Assembly (NCBI GenBank): GCA_024137785.1
Contig: JAHRHZ010000028.1
Location: forward strand, 562,753-626,752
Source of the DNA: Ginglymostoma cirratum
Taxonomy: Eukaryota
Length of the DNA: 64,000 nucleotides
Direction of reading: 5' to 3'
The notes beneath the pieces are model-generated. The model did no database searches. It was not told the origin of the DNA and saw only the letters and a list, made by a program, of their open reading frames with translations. The translations under genes were made by a program, and so were the position numbers. This document shows positions 1 to 11,660 of this stretch, one piece after another (position 1 is the first letter of the stretch; every line of letters begins with the position of its first letter).

Positions 1-56
1 GCAGCATCAGAGGAGCGGGAAGGCTGAAGTTTCGGGCCTAGACCCTTCTTCAGAAA
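1..56 (-). mobile_element. End of a Penelope-derived short repeat with a degenerate hammerhead core (26-53)
   Basis: Same family as 53794-53885 and 61733-61824; minus strand reads CTGAAGA-agggtctaggccc-GAAACTTC. Confidence 0.7.
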
Positions 57-769
57 CTATGAAGTCACTGTCTGTTTGTCCCCTTGTCTCAATTTGTGAG
101 TGGATGCCACTTTAGGCCACCCAATGATTGGACCGGTAACTGCAGCTAGAACACTGTCAGAGCCAGTTTTGACTTTACCTATTTGGAATCCCCAATTAAA
201 TTTGCCTGACAATGATGGACATTACAAGTCTTAGGGCTGCTATTAGGATCAGTGCTTAAAGGGACCCCCTGTTGCTTTAAGCCATTGAATAAATTTGGCA
301 GGTATTTTATACTGGATTGTTTTATTCTTTGCTAGCCAGGGACTAGTAAAAAGTTGAAGAAGCCATCCAGTGCTTTGAACTCTTCTTTGAATTCCAAAGA
401 GTAAACATTTTCTTCCAGCAGCTCATGCTGACCATTCCACAGTGCGTGGGAAATGAGAAGGAAAAGCAGCAACAGGAGGCAGCAATAATCTGAACTCAGC
501 CACGTCCATGGAACTGAAGCAGGAAGAGGAGGGCAAATGGGAGGACGCAAGTTTCACAGGGAACCACAGTTTGTCCACGAAGCATACTAGCCCAAGACAG
601 AGGAGCACTGCGAATGGAAGTCACACACCTCTAGGAAGGCTGCTGGAGAGTTGTGCTATCACCTTCAGGAGCATGCACTTTCATCAAAGCAAGGACTCAC
701 GCTTATAGAGGAATTTTCACAATCTCAGGACACTGTATTTCAATGGAAGACATCTGAAGTACACTCACT

Positions 770-1052
770 CTTGCAGTACAGACAATGAGAAAATGAGATT
801 ATTTTAGTGCTGTTGATTAAGGAAATAGATAGGAGGCAGAATACCAAGAAAACTGCAGGTCAAATAGAGTCCTGGAACATGGTACGATCAGCTGGAAGGA
901 TCACACATTGACTTCTAGATGGCACCTCTCACAATTCAGCACTCTCTCAGTTCTGCACTGGTCTGTTGGCCAAGACTATGTGCTTTGGTTCCTGTACTGG
1001 AACTTGTACCCACAACTTCTGACTCCAAGGTAAGATGCAACGAATTGAACCA
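770..1052 (-). mobile_element. tRNA-derived SINE, DeuSINE/SacSINE1-like, decayed
   Basis: Reverse complement resembles the recalled shark SINE head (…gggtacaagttccagtacaggaaccaaagcacatagtc…cagtgcagaactgagagagtgctg…gaggtgccatc). Confidence 0.5.
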
Positions 1053-1084
1053 AATCTGTCACGTCTTGGTAGCAGGTCAATACT

Positions 1085-1560
1085 CTGGGGTTTGCAGAGA
1101 TTGCATTATTCGCCCAGTCTCAGGGCATATCAACCTGTAGCCAGTAACCAGGTTCACCTCCAGGCTCCTTCACACAATACTATTTCCTTCATATATCATG
1201 AGAGCTTCCATTCCCTTGTTTTGTGGGCGCACCATCAGCAGGAACTCAATGAGGAAGGCTTTGGCTGGAAGTTCACTCATCCTCTGAGTAAAAAACCCAT
1301 GTCCAATATCTGTCCCAGACCCTCCAAACTTGAATAACTTACACCTATCCAAAGATATCCAAGTAAACATTGAAATTGTTGACTTGCACATGGCAGAGTG
1401 CCAAGGTAAAATGCCTGCTTTGGTGGAAGTGGACAATGCAAGTGGCAAAGATGCCTTCGGAGCAGGACCGACAGTCATCACTTCCCCTGACTTTAGCAGG
1501 ATGCCATGGCTGTTGGAAGGTATTGGGTATTCCACTCCCACCTTCCTTGAGCATTTCATA
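1085..1560 (+). pseudogene. PIF/Harbinger (HARBI1-like) DDE transposase relic
   Basis: Frameshifted pieces GFAEIALFAQSQGISTCSQ / VHLQAPSHNTISFIYHESFHSL..HHQQ / KDAF…WLLEGIGYS occur in the order of the HARBI1-family motifs GF..IAGFP.VQGAIDCTH / V.LRAP…FINRKGFHSL..DH / HDAF / WLLGD.GY. Confidence 0.55.
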
Positions 1561-2949
1561 CCCGGTCACTCACCATATCACCTCCCAGGCAGCGTGTTGG
1601 TAAAATCTTCATGGATTTCTCATAGTCTATAATTCCACATACCGACACAAGTGTCTACAAGCTAGATATCACTCAAATATGAGTCTTAATGCCTGTATAG
1701 TGTGATTGTTTTGTTATTTTGGGGCACTGCCAATAGCCAGTGGCAGGAGTGTGGATGGTGAAACTGCCTCAGTTAAGGGCCCTTAAGATACTTAGGACTG
1801 GCAATCTCTCGGAGCCCAGGCTATAGACCTGCAGCTGGACATCACAGCAACACAGTGACCTCCTGGACAATCTGGAGCACTTACAATTCTTCAACCAAGT
1901 GTTTGTTTAGTTAAAGTGCGGTGATTGTCCAGGTAATTTGTCACGATGAAAGAAAACATTTTTGCGGAGCACACTCCCTACCATTGGGTTGGAATTCACC
2001 ACTCCCATTAATTCACCACGTCTGGGAATTTGGAAATCTGATTGAGACATTATCATTTATTCACCCACCTGACAAAAGGAAGATGGTGGAGCCTTGGAAT
2101 CTGCTTGGCCCCATTACAGGCATCGCTTGGTTAATCTTATGATTGCTGTCATTCGCTCCTATAAAGCAGAATGTCCACTGAAGGGACTGCACATGCCACA
2201 TTTGAGAGACTGCAAAAATGCATGTTGAGAGATATATACAGAGATACAGTCCCTGATTAATTCAGCATTGTGTTTTTATATTCTGGGCCCAGGTCACATT
2301 GCCGTATCACTGTATGCTCGGCTCCTGAGTAGGAAGACTTAGGTTTGGCCTACAGCGAGGACCCAGTGATGCTGAACACAATGAATATCTAAAATAAATA
2401 GTAATATTGTATCAAGCAACATACCTAGCTCTTAACTAACAGTTTTAAAATCTTTCTTATATATCTGCCCGATATGTTTTCCCCATATATATTATGTTGT
2501 AAAATTCAATTTAATTCTCATTCTAACAGGTAGCAACAATGGTATTTACCTCAATTCAATTAGCATGATTTACATCTCACACTGGACAGTGATCATCAGC
2601 AGACATTTGATGTTAGATGTTAGAAGCTCACTTCTGTCCTTTCTCTGCAGTTACACAGGCGTCCTTTCCGGGAGCAATCACTTGATTTACTTTCTGCAGC
2701 CAAAATTAATCACTGACCAGTTAGTTCAGTCAACACCAGGGATTGAAATGAGGTTGTCTCTCTCTCTATATCGTTCAGTGACTCGCTGAATGTTGCATTC
2801 ATTACTGAGACAGGAGAGAGCTATTAGGGGCTGTGTTACGTGCTTTGAAAATTTATTGATTTGACATTTGGTGCCAGTGATGATGGAAGATGATGCTGGT
2901 GCACTATGGGTAACCAAGCTTACAAATCCACCTGTGTGATGTCACAATC

Positions 2950-3712
2950 NNNNNNNNNNNNNNNNNNNNNNNNNNNNNNNNNNNNNNNNNNNNNNNNNNN
3001 NNNNNNNNNNNNNNNNNNNNNNNNNNNNNNNNNNNNNNNNNNNNNNNNNNNNNNNNNNNNNNNNNNNNNNNNNNNNNNNNNNNNNNNNNNNNNNNNNNNN
3101 NNNNNNNNNNNNNNNNNNNNNNNNNNNNNNGACTGTGTGTGTGTCTATATGTGTGAGAGAGAGTGTGTGNNNNNNNNNNNNNNNNNNNNNNNNNNNNNNN
3201 NNNNNNNNNNNNNNNNNNNNNNNNNNNNNNNNNNNNNNNNNNNNNNNNNNNNNNNNNNNNNNNNNNNNNNNNNNNNNNNNNNNNNNNNNNNNNNNNNNNN
3301 NNNNNNNNNNNNNNCTGTGTTTGTGTGTGTGAGAGAGCGTGTGTGTCTGTCTGTGTGTGTGAGAGACAGAGTGTGTCTGTCTGTGTGTGAGNNNNNNNNN
3401 NNNNNNNNNNNNNNNNNNNNNNNNNNNNNNNNNNNNNNNNNNNNNNNNNNNNNNNNNNNNNNNNNNNNNNNNNNNNNNNNNNNNNNNNNNNNNNNNNNNN
3501 NNNNNNNNNNNNNNNNNNNNNNNNNNNNNNNNNNNNNNNNNNNNNNNNNNNNNNNNNNNNNNNNNNNNNNNNNNNNNNNNNNNNNNNNNNNNNNNNNNNN
3601 NNNNNNNNNNNNNNNNNNNNNNNNNNNNNNNNNNNNNNNNNNNNNNNNNNNNNNNNNNNNNNNNNNNNNNNNNNNNNNNNNNNNNNNNNNNNNNNNNNNN
3701 NNNNNNNNNNNN
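2950..3712. repeat. (GT/GA/CT)n compound microsatellite interrupted by three N gaps
   Basis: Islands of gtgtgt/gagaga/gtct between N runs. Confidence 0.9.
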
Positions 3713-3844
3713 ATGTGTTTGTGTTGTGCCTGTTTCCCATCACCTCCTTTACTTTCATGTACTCCGTGTCACGAAGGGATATTCCAATGTTTACTGTGTC
3801 AAATCATAGTCCCTTGACAGAATTCTTGCCTCAGTCAGACAAGA

Positions 3845-4110
3845 GTTAAAAACCCCAATGCAACTGCTGGTTTGTAGAATCTAGGCTGGCAGTCCATTGT
3901 ACTACTGCTGGGAATTATCTTTCAGATAAATGTTTAACTGAGGTCGCCTTCTCCCTACACAGAAGAAAACACAAAAATATCTCATGGTCCACGTGGCCTT
4001 GGCTAACACCTATCTCCCAATCAGTGTTACTGTTACTGAATTAATGCGTTGCTGCTCTTGAGTTCTTCCTGCAAAACGGCTGAATGCCACCTTTCCCTAA
4101 GTTTCACCAA
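3845..4110 (+). mobile_element. DeuSINE/SacSINE1-like fragment
   Basis: aatctaggctg…ctttcagataaatgtttaactgaggtc…aaaatatctcatgg resembles the recalled Deu-domain core. Confidence 0.45.
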
Positions 4111-4339
4111 TGACTACCAGATTAACATGTGGCATGGCAGAATAGGAATTAGTAAACAAAATGCACTAATGAGTTCATGAGGACATGAGTTTTAATCTAA
4201 CTCATGGCAGCTATGAAGAGGTTGCACTTCACACGAACCCTGGATTAAGGAACCAGTCTCAGTCCAGGTGATAATGAGATCACTGGATTGTCATCTAGCT
4301 CATTAACTTAGGGGAAAAAATTTGCTGCCCTGTAAAACA

Positions 4340-5035
4340 AATAGATTGGAAAAGTTAGGACTATTTATCTTGGTAAAGAGAAGGCTCAGAGGAGCTCTGT
4401 TGTAGCTAAATCAGGAGGTGTCTGGATGGAGTACTTGGGGAAAAATTGAGAACGAGGAGCACAGATTTAAAGTAATTGGCAAAAATGCAAACATGACTTG
4501 AGAAAAAACCTTTCCATCCAGTGAGTGGCTGGGGTCTGGATTCACTGCCTGAGAGTACTTGATTTGATTTGAATTGTTATAGTCATATGTACTGAGATAC
4601 AGTGAAAAATATTGCTTTGTGTGCTACCCAGGCACATCATACTTTACATAAGCACAACAGGGTAATAGAACAGAATGTAGAATATAGTGTTACAGCTACT
4701 GAGAAGGTGCAGAGGAAGATCAACTTTAATATATGAGGGGTCAGTTCATAAGTCTGGTAACAGCAGGGAAGAAGCTGTTCTTACAGCTGTTGGCATGTGT
4801 TTTCAAACTTCTGTATCTTCTGCCCAATGCAAGAGAGTAGAAGAGAGTATAACCAGGGTGGAAGGGTGTGGTGGATTAAATTGCAAGTCTCAACTAGGAA
4901 TTAAACTATTATTTAAAAAGAAACAAAGTAGAGTGCCAAGAGGAGAAGGCAGGGAAGTGGCACTAAGTGAATTGCTCATTCCAAAATCCAGCGTAGACAT
5001 GGTGGGCCGAATGGCCTCCCTTTGCACTGTGATAC
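4340..5035 (+). mobile_element. Old CR1 3' fragment interrupted (about 4559-4868) by a minus-strand Rex/Babar-like LINE tail
   Basis: CR1-like 'LGLFILVKRRLRGAL' coding and gtgggccgaatggcctcc tail; the insert starts with ttgatttgatttga, a (TCAAA)n tail on the minus strand. Confidence 0.5.
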
Positions 5036-5699
5036 TATCATATGCAACAAGACGACAGTTCACATACAGTGCTGTCAGGATTAGTATAGATATGATTTAT
5101 AGCAGGTCAGGATGGTTTACTGATGCTAGATCAGGTGCATGGAGGAAATGGAATAGTTTGATCTCTGCAGCCTGCAATAATAGTCACTTCACCTTTGGTA
5201 ACCTCTCCCATTGACTGGAATTAATGTTCCTGGGGCTTGGGTGCAAAACCTATTCCAATTTCTCAGTCAGTCACATCTTCCTATGCAATTTTCAGATCAC
5301 CAAGTGTCAGAGGTGTGCATTATAGACACCTCCCATTCCATCCATTTCGACTATGAGGTTATGCCCTCTCTCGTCTGGTGGATTAACATCGCACTCACTC
5401 CAACCAGACAGTTTATTTTAGATTTGGACAAAAGTCCTTGAAATCTTTGCACACAAGCCAATGCTTAACATCAGGCCCACAGTGGAACTATTGGGCCTTG
5501 TGAAAAATCTTGCAAATGTCTCTGCCAGTTCTGAGAAATTGTTTAAAATCGACAGAGCAGAACGAAAGGGAACTACTTTTATAGCATTGATTATTTACTT
5601 AAGATTTAATAAGGCTGTGGGGCAGCCATTTCTTACACTCCTGGCCGACAGACCACAGACACACAGCAATATTGTTGACTCCTAACTGACTAAAATGGC

Positions 5700-7805
5700 A
5701 AAATGAGACTCATTAGTTTCAAACAATTCCAGAAAAGTCAGTTTGGAATAAAGTCAGGTAGATCATCAGGCATAGAGCTAGAAAAGATATAGGCATGCCA
5801 GTTGAGCCAATCCTGCAACAATCTTCTCACTAATATCTGAGAACTTGTGCCAAAACTAGGAGCGCAATTCCTTAGCCTAATCAACCAGACATTGTCACAC
5901 CAAACCATTCCTCCCTATCAATGTCTTTGAATCTTCCTTCACCGTCATGAGTATGACCTTTCATAATGACAGAACAGATTCACCAGAGGTGGCAGCACAG
6001 AAATATCCAGTCATGAAGGAGTACCCTGCCCCTGAATCCTAAACATTGATTCTGGACCTCATGAAGTCTCATGGCACCAGGTCAAATCCAGTCATGGAAT
6101 CAGCCCGTTGTTACTTACCACCATGCCTCAAATGAACAGTCAGCACCCTTCCGTGTTGAATTCCACTTGAAAGAAGCATCCCCTGAGGGTAGAAAGGATA
6201 CAAAATTGCCTCTGGGAGGGGTTTTGGATGTCCATTTCCAGGAGTGTCTAAGTAACTGCTGCTGACTGAGCTGCGCAGCTTATGATAGAATTATCTGCCA
6301 GACACTACCTGCACAGCCAAGGAAGGAATCAATTAGAATGGAAATTGTATTTGTCCTTTCCAATCTATCAGCTGTTGATTTAGTTTTGGCAGGAGAGACA
6401 ACTGCGTAATCCTGATTTTACATTATTCTCCATTATGTTGTCTGGCATGACCACTGTGATAAGTGGGACACCTTCAGAACAGGTCCAGAAATTGAAACAG
6501 GGCATCCATGAAGCTCTCTGGGCCATCTATTGTAGCAAAATTGTATCTCAGCACAACCTATAACCTCATGACTCAGCAGATCACCCACACTACCATTATC
6601 CCAATGGGGGGGGGTCGATGCTGGTTCAATGAGGAGAATAAGAAATGATATCAGAAGCAACACCAAGTTGACCTCAAAATAAGGCACCAACCTGGCGAAG
6701 CTACAACATAGGACAAAAAGAATGCTAAAGAGTGAAGCAGCTTGCTAAAGACAAAGCTAAGAGATCCCACAACCAGCATATCAAGTCAAAATCCTGCAGT
6801 CCTGCCACATCCAGTCGTGAATGGTGGTGAACCATTAAACAACTCACTAGATGAGGAGTCTACACAAATATCCTCATCCACAATGATCCACACATCAATC
6901 AAAAAATAAGGCAAAAGGAGTTGCAATGATATTCAGCCAGTACCTGGGATTGCAGTCTTCAGATAATGCAACTCATTCCAGGTGATTTCAGAAAAGGGCC
7001 AAAAACACCAGATGCAGCTAATACGCTGCATCTCCACAACATCCTGGCTGTAGTTTGGAAGACTTGTGCTCGAGAATCAGGCGTGCCCCTAGCTAAATTG
7101 TTCCACTAGAATACCCAGGATATGTTCTATCTTAAAAAGAAACATGTTAAATCCAATCTAACCATCTATCAACTCAGTAGTCTAGCCGCAATACTCAGTA
7201 AAGTGATGGAGGGTGTCATTGACAGTGTCATCGAGTACTTACTCAGTGTAACCTGCTCACCAATGATCAGTTTAAATTGATCCAGAATGACTTGATTTCA
7301 GACCTCCTTTCAGCTTTATCTAAGCATAGACAAAAGAATTACATTTCATAGGTGAACTAAGACATATGAGACATCAACGCATTCAAGAGGATCTATAATA
7401 TGTATTATGAAGCCAACATGATCAGCAAGCATCCTACCTACAACGTTAAACATGCAGTCTCTCTGTCTCTGGTCAATGGTGAAAGCTGAGATCACCATCC
7501 ACAACATCTGCAGCAACGTACCAAGGCTGTTTTGAAAGGACCATCCAAACGCCCACGTATGTAGCAGATGCATGGGAGCACCACCACCTACTAGTTCTCC
7601 TCCAAGATGCTCGCCATCCTGACCTCGATATATGTCTCTATTCCTTTGTTATCAGCAGGTCAAAATCCTGGAACTCTTTCCTCAATAACACCAAATGGAC
7701 CAAAGCAGTTCAAGAAGGCAGCTCACCACCAACTTCTCCAGGATAATTGGAGTTGTAAAATAATTAATGGCTTTGTCTCAATGCTCACGTCTTAGCAATA
7801 AATAA
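5700..7805 (+). mobile_element. Degenerate CR1-group non-LTR retrotransposon (APE and partial RT, internally deleted)
   Basis: Relics of LVPKLG (5843), RGGST (5985), LKTCARESGVPLAKLF (7056), SKVMEGVI (7197) and a 3' end cagttcaagaaggcagctcaccaccaacttctc; many stops. Confidence 0.7.
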
Positions 7806-7874
7806 TAAGAAAAGACTTGAATCGATTTTGAAGCACTTTGAGATGGTGGAACTATCTAAATTAAACCCTGGGTG

Positions 7875-8356
7875 ACATGTCCATCCTGGACCTCCTCCAG
7901 TATCACAATGGCACCACGTGCAAACTGGAGGAGCAGCACCTCATATTCCACCTCAGGAGCGTATAGCGCGATGGCCTAAACATGGAATTCATCAGTTTTA
8001 AATTCTTCCCACGCCCGGCCTCATCCCATGTCCAAACCTCCTTCTCATCCCTGCCTCCTTGACCTGACCCAACCTGTCCATCTTCTCTCCCGCCTATCCG
8101 CTTCTCCCACCTCACTGACCAATCCCCACCACTGCCACCCTGCACTCAGCTATCACCATTCCGCCTACCTTCCCCAGACCCACCCCTCCTCTCTCTCTTT
8201 ATTTCTGAGCTCCCTTCCCCGTCCCCATTTCTGAAGAAGGGTCCCGACCCGAAACGTCAACTTTCTGGCTCCCTTGTGCTGCCTGGCCTGCTGTGCTCCT
8301 CCAGCTCCACACCGTTTTGTCTCTGACTCCAGCATCTGCAGTTCTTGCTGTCTCTA
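7875..8356 (+). mobile_element. Penelope-like element 3' end: GIY-YIG C-terminus, 3' UTR and hammerhead motif
   Basis: Encodes LLQYHNGTTCKLEEQHLIFHLRSV*RDGLNMEF, like the PLE endonuclease end RKLEEQHLIFRLG…GLN.EF; followed by a C-rich UTR and CTGAAGA…GAAACGTC. Confidence 0.8.
8231..8258 (+). ncRNA. Minimal type-I hammerhead ribozyme motif (PLE-type)
   Basis: CTGAAGA-A-GGGTC-cc-GACCC-GAAACGTC: complete CUGANGA and GAAA boxes, perfect stem II, palindromic ACGT in place of helix III, GUC cleavage triplet. Helix I is weak. Confidence 0.6.
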
Positions 8357-8656
8357 CATCAAAGTTTATTTGTCTCCTGCTTTTAGGTTTGCAGACTCTG
8401 ACTAATTAGAGACGATTGCCTTTTTTGTAAATTCTGGCTGAGAGTCTTATTTCCGTTGTAAATTAAGGATTCTATGTTATTCACCTCGACGGGCTGTTAA
8501 GTAAAAACAAAGAAAAATGAGAAAGAAAGACAAGCAGGAAAGAGAATGTGAAAAGCTGATAAAAAGGACCATTTTATTTGGCCAGAGTGAATGGCTTATT
8601 GTCTTTGGCATGGTCTGATCGTTCAAAAGTTCGGTTCACAACCTGAATTCTCACCA

Positions 8657-8808
8657 AATAAAAACCAAAAGAAATGCAAAAGCTGTAAATCAGGAACAAA
8701 AACAGAAATTTGCTAGAAGGGTCACCAGACCCGAAACGTTAACTCTGATTTTCTCTTCACAGATGCTGCCAGACCTGCTGAGTTTTTGCAGCAACTTCTG
8801 TTTTTGTT
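8657..8808. mobile_element. Short palindromic Penelope-derived element with a 15-bp flanking direct repeat
   Basis: cctgaattctcacca at 8642-8656 and 8809-8823; internal inverted arms caggaacaaaaacagaa / ttctgtttttgttcctg; partial HHR (gggtcaccagacccgaaacgtt). Confidence 0.75.
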
Positions 8809-9111
8809 CCTGAATTCTCACCATTTGTCTTTACTATTAAATCAGTCTATGGTGTGATATATACAGCAGTACCATTGAGAGGCATAAAATGCACTTTTAA
8901 TCAGGGCTGATTGACAGCTGGGCAATATAAGGTATAACAAATCAAATTTCTAGCCTTTTGGATTCAACAATTATCCAAGCAGCCTCATTCAAGCTCAAGT
9001 AATTTTTAAGGCCTGATTTTTTTTGCCTCATTAGATACTTTCTTCATCTGACTGACATGATTGAACTTTATAAACCCATGACCTTCTGTTACTTTTCTTC
9101 ACTTTTTAAAG

Positions 9112-9232
9112 GAAAGTGTTGACCTGGGAGAAATCATGTTCTCTCTCTGCTATCTACCTACTGCTGGCCGACTGACATTGACAGTCATCAAATGCAGGAA
9201 CCTCAAAGCCATGGACATCACTGGCTACTCTG
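9112..9232 (+). CDS. SYT6: Synaptotagmin-6 internal coding exon (start of C2B domain), 121 bp
   Basis: Pyrimidine tract and AG at 9110-9111; reads [40 protein letters not shown]+G; donor GTGAGT at 9233. Matches recalled vertebrate SYT6; DITGYSD distinguishes it from SYT10 (DITGSSD). Confidence 0.95.
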
Positions 9233-9398
9233 GTGAGTGTGTACCACTTTCTGAACAAAGCTTGTATATTTATCAATGTACAATTTACAGGTTAAAATCC
9301 AGCAGCGAGTCATGGAATTGCTTGTTCAGTCGACATTAAGTGTTCAAGTTGCAATATTTGCTGTATGAAGGAGCTACAATATAAAGGAGCTAGATATA

Positions 9399-9930
9399 CA
9401 AGTCGGTTCTGATATAACGTGTGTTCCAGCAATGCAAATTGGCTGGGACACGATTGACAAATAGGGAAACAGTACTTCTAAAGCGCAAACTTGTGTTGGC
9501 TATAACGCGATCCCATCGGTGCACGGAGGAGTATGTGTCAACATCATATGATTGTTTCATGGGCTTTGTGGTGAATATGTACAATGTTCGCACCGAAAGA
9601 GTCTCCGCACAGGCATCACGTGACCATTTCGCAGGCTTTGTCGTGGAGAGCTTTCTGTGAGAGGTACAGCACAACCTCCTCCACCATCAGGTCACTTTGA
9701 CATTTTTTCGAGGTGAAGTGTTAAATTTACCTGTCCTTCATTATTAGAAACGTTTATTCAAATTGTGCCATCCTTTGTGTTAGGCTTTTGAATGATTTTT
9801 GTGTGATTTTTGAGTGGTGGTCTGCCCCTAACCCCACTTTTCCCATAGGCCCCGTTATTTCTATGGCATGATTTTCTATAATGCGATGTTGCACAGGAAC
9901 ACAACTATCGCGTCATAGCAGAACCGACTG
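9399..9930. mobile_element. Tc1/mariner (Tigger/pogo-like) non-autonomous element (MITE) inserted in a CR1 3' tail
   Basis: TIRs CA(A)GTCGGTTCTGATATAACG / CGTCATAGCAGAACCGACTG; TA on both sides (9397-9398, 9931-9932); the flanks rejoin as CR1 tail …gctagatata|gttcttcgggctaaaggg…. Confidence 0.85.
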
Positions 9931-10269
9931 TAGTTCTTCGGGCTAAAGGGATCAGGGCAGAAAGCTGGAACAGGTGACTTGAATCATCAGCTATAATTGG
10001 ACTGAATGGCAGAGTAAGATTGGAAAGGCCAATGGCCTACCTCTGCTCCTATTTTCTCTGTTTCTATGGATGTATCTTCTGAAAGATTCAGCTTGGTTTT
10101 GATGGATGGAGTGACTTTCTCCGATGTTGTCCTATTCTATGAATCAGTGGCAGTATTTATAGATACTTCTTCAGTTCCTTTACCTCGACTGACTTGCATT
10201 TATTTTCTTTTAAAAAATGATACTAGAGAGCGATTCATAATTGCTGCAAATTTACTTTACATGTTGCCG

Positions 10270-10855
10270 AACAAAGAGACCTTGGAGTGCAGGTTCATAG
10301 TTCCTTGAAGGTGGAGTCACAGGTTGACAGGATAGTGAAAAAGGCATTTGGTACAATTGCCTTTATTGGTCAGTGCATTGAGTGTTGGAGTTGGGAGGTC
10401 ATGTTAAAAAATTACAAGGATGTTGTTGGGATTAGAGGGTTTAAGCGATAAGGAGAACCTGAATAGCCTGGGGCTATTTTCCCTGAAGCGTTGGAGGCTG
10501 AGGGGAGACCTTATACAGGTTTATAAAATCATGAGGGGTGCAGATAGGGTAAATTGGCAAAGTCTTTTTCCCAACGTAGGGGAGCCCAAACCTTAAGGGC
10601 ATAGGTTTAAGGTGAAAGGGGAAACATTTAAAAGGAACCTAAAGAGCAACTTTTTCACACAGCGGGTATGGAATAGACTGCCAGAGGAAGTGGTGGAGGC
10701 TGGTACAATGACAACATTTAAAAGGCATCTGGATAGGTATAAGAATAGAAAGGGTTTACAGGGATACGGGCCAAATGCTGGCAATTGGGACGAAACTAAT
10801 TTAGGATATCTGGTCAGCATGAATGAGTTGGGTCTCTTTCCATGCTGTGCAACTG
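10270..10855 (+). mobile_element. CR1 LINE 3' fragment
   Basis: ORF 10612 NFFTQRVWNRLPEEVVEAGTMTTFKRHLD is a typical CR1 ORF2 C-terminus. Confidence 0.9.
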
Positions 10856-10859
10856 TACA

Positions 10860-11660
10860 AGGTCAAGCACTTTGATAGGAAGAATAGCGGCATGGCCTAT
10901 TTTGTAACTAGGGAGAAAATTCAGAAATTAAAGTGCAAAGGGACTTGGGAGTCCAAGTCCAGGAGCCTCTGAAGGTTAACTTGCAAGTTGAGTCGGTAGT
11001 TAAGAAGGCAAATGCAATGTTGGCATTTATTTCAGGAGGACTAGAATATAAGGGCAAGTACGTACTTCTCAGGCTCTATAAGGCTCTGGTCTGACCACAT
11101 TTAGAATATTGTGAGCAGTTTTGGGCACCATATCTCAGGAGGATGTACAGACCCTGGAGCGGGTCCAGAGGAAGTTCACAAGAATGATCCCAGGAATGAA
11201 AGGCTGAACATATGAGGAACATTTGAGGACTCTGGGTCTACAGTCGATGGAGATTAGAAGGATGAGAAGGGATCTAATTGAAACTTACAGAATACTGAAA
11301 AGCTGAGATAGAGTGGGCATTGCAAAGATGTTTGCACTAGCAGGATAGACTAGTACCTGAGGGCACACCTCAGAGTAAAGGGAAGACCTTTTAGAACAGA
11401 TATGAGAAGAAACTTCTTCAGCCAGAGAGTGGTAAATCTTTTGAATTCATTTCCACAGAAAGCTATGGAGGTCAGATCATTGGATATATTTAAGACAGAG
11501 ATAGATAGGTTCTGGATTCTTAACAGAATCAAAGGATAGGGGGAGAGGGCAAGAGAATTGGGATGAGAAACTTATCAGCCTTAAAAGAAAGACGGAGCAG
11601 ATACGATAGGCCAAATGGCCTAATTTCTTCTCCTATATCCTCTGGCCTTTTGGTCTATAA
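10860..11660 (+). mobile_element. Second CR1 LINE 3' fragment (different subfamily)
   Basis: Encodes relics of QRDLGV, LYKALV*PHLEYCEQFWAPYL and RNFFSQRVVNL. Confidence 0.88.

Noticed and set aside
2904-3817. Long ORFs of up to 303 aa
   Set aside because: Artefacts of N runs and microsatellite.
4687-5214. 175-aa ORF
   Set aside because: Crosses unrelated repeat fragments and unique DNA; no recognisable motif.
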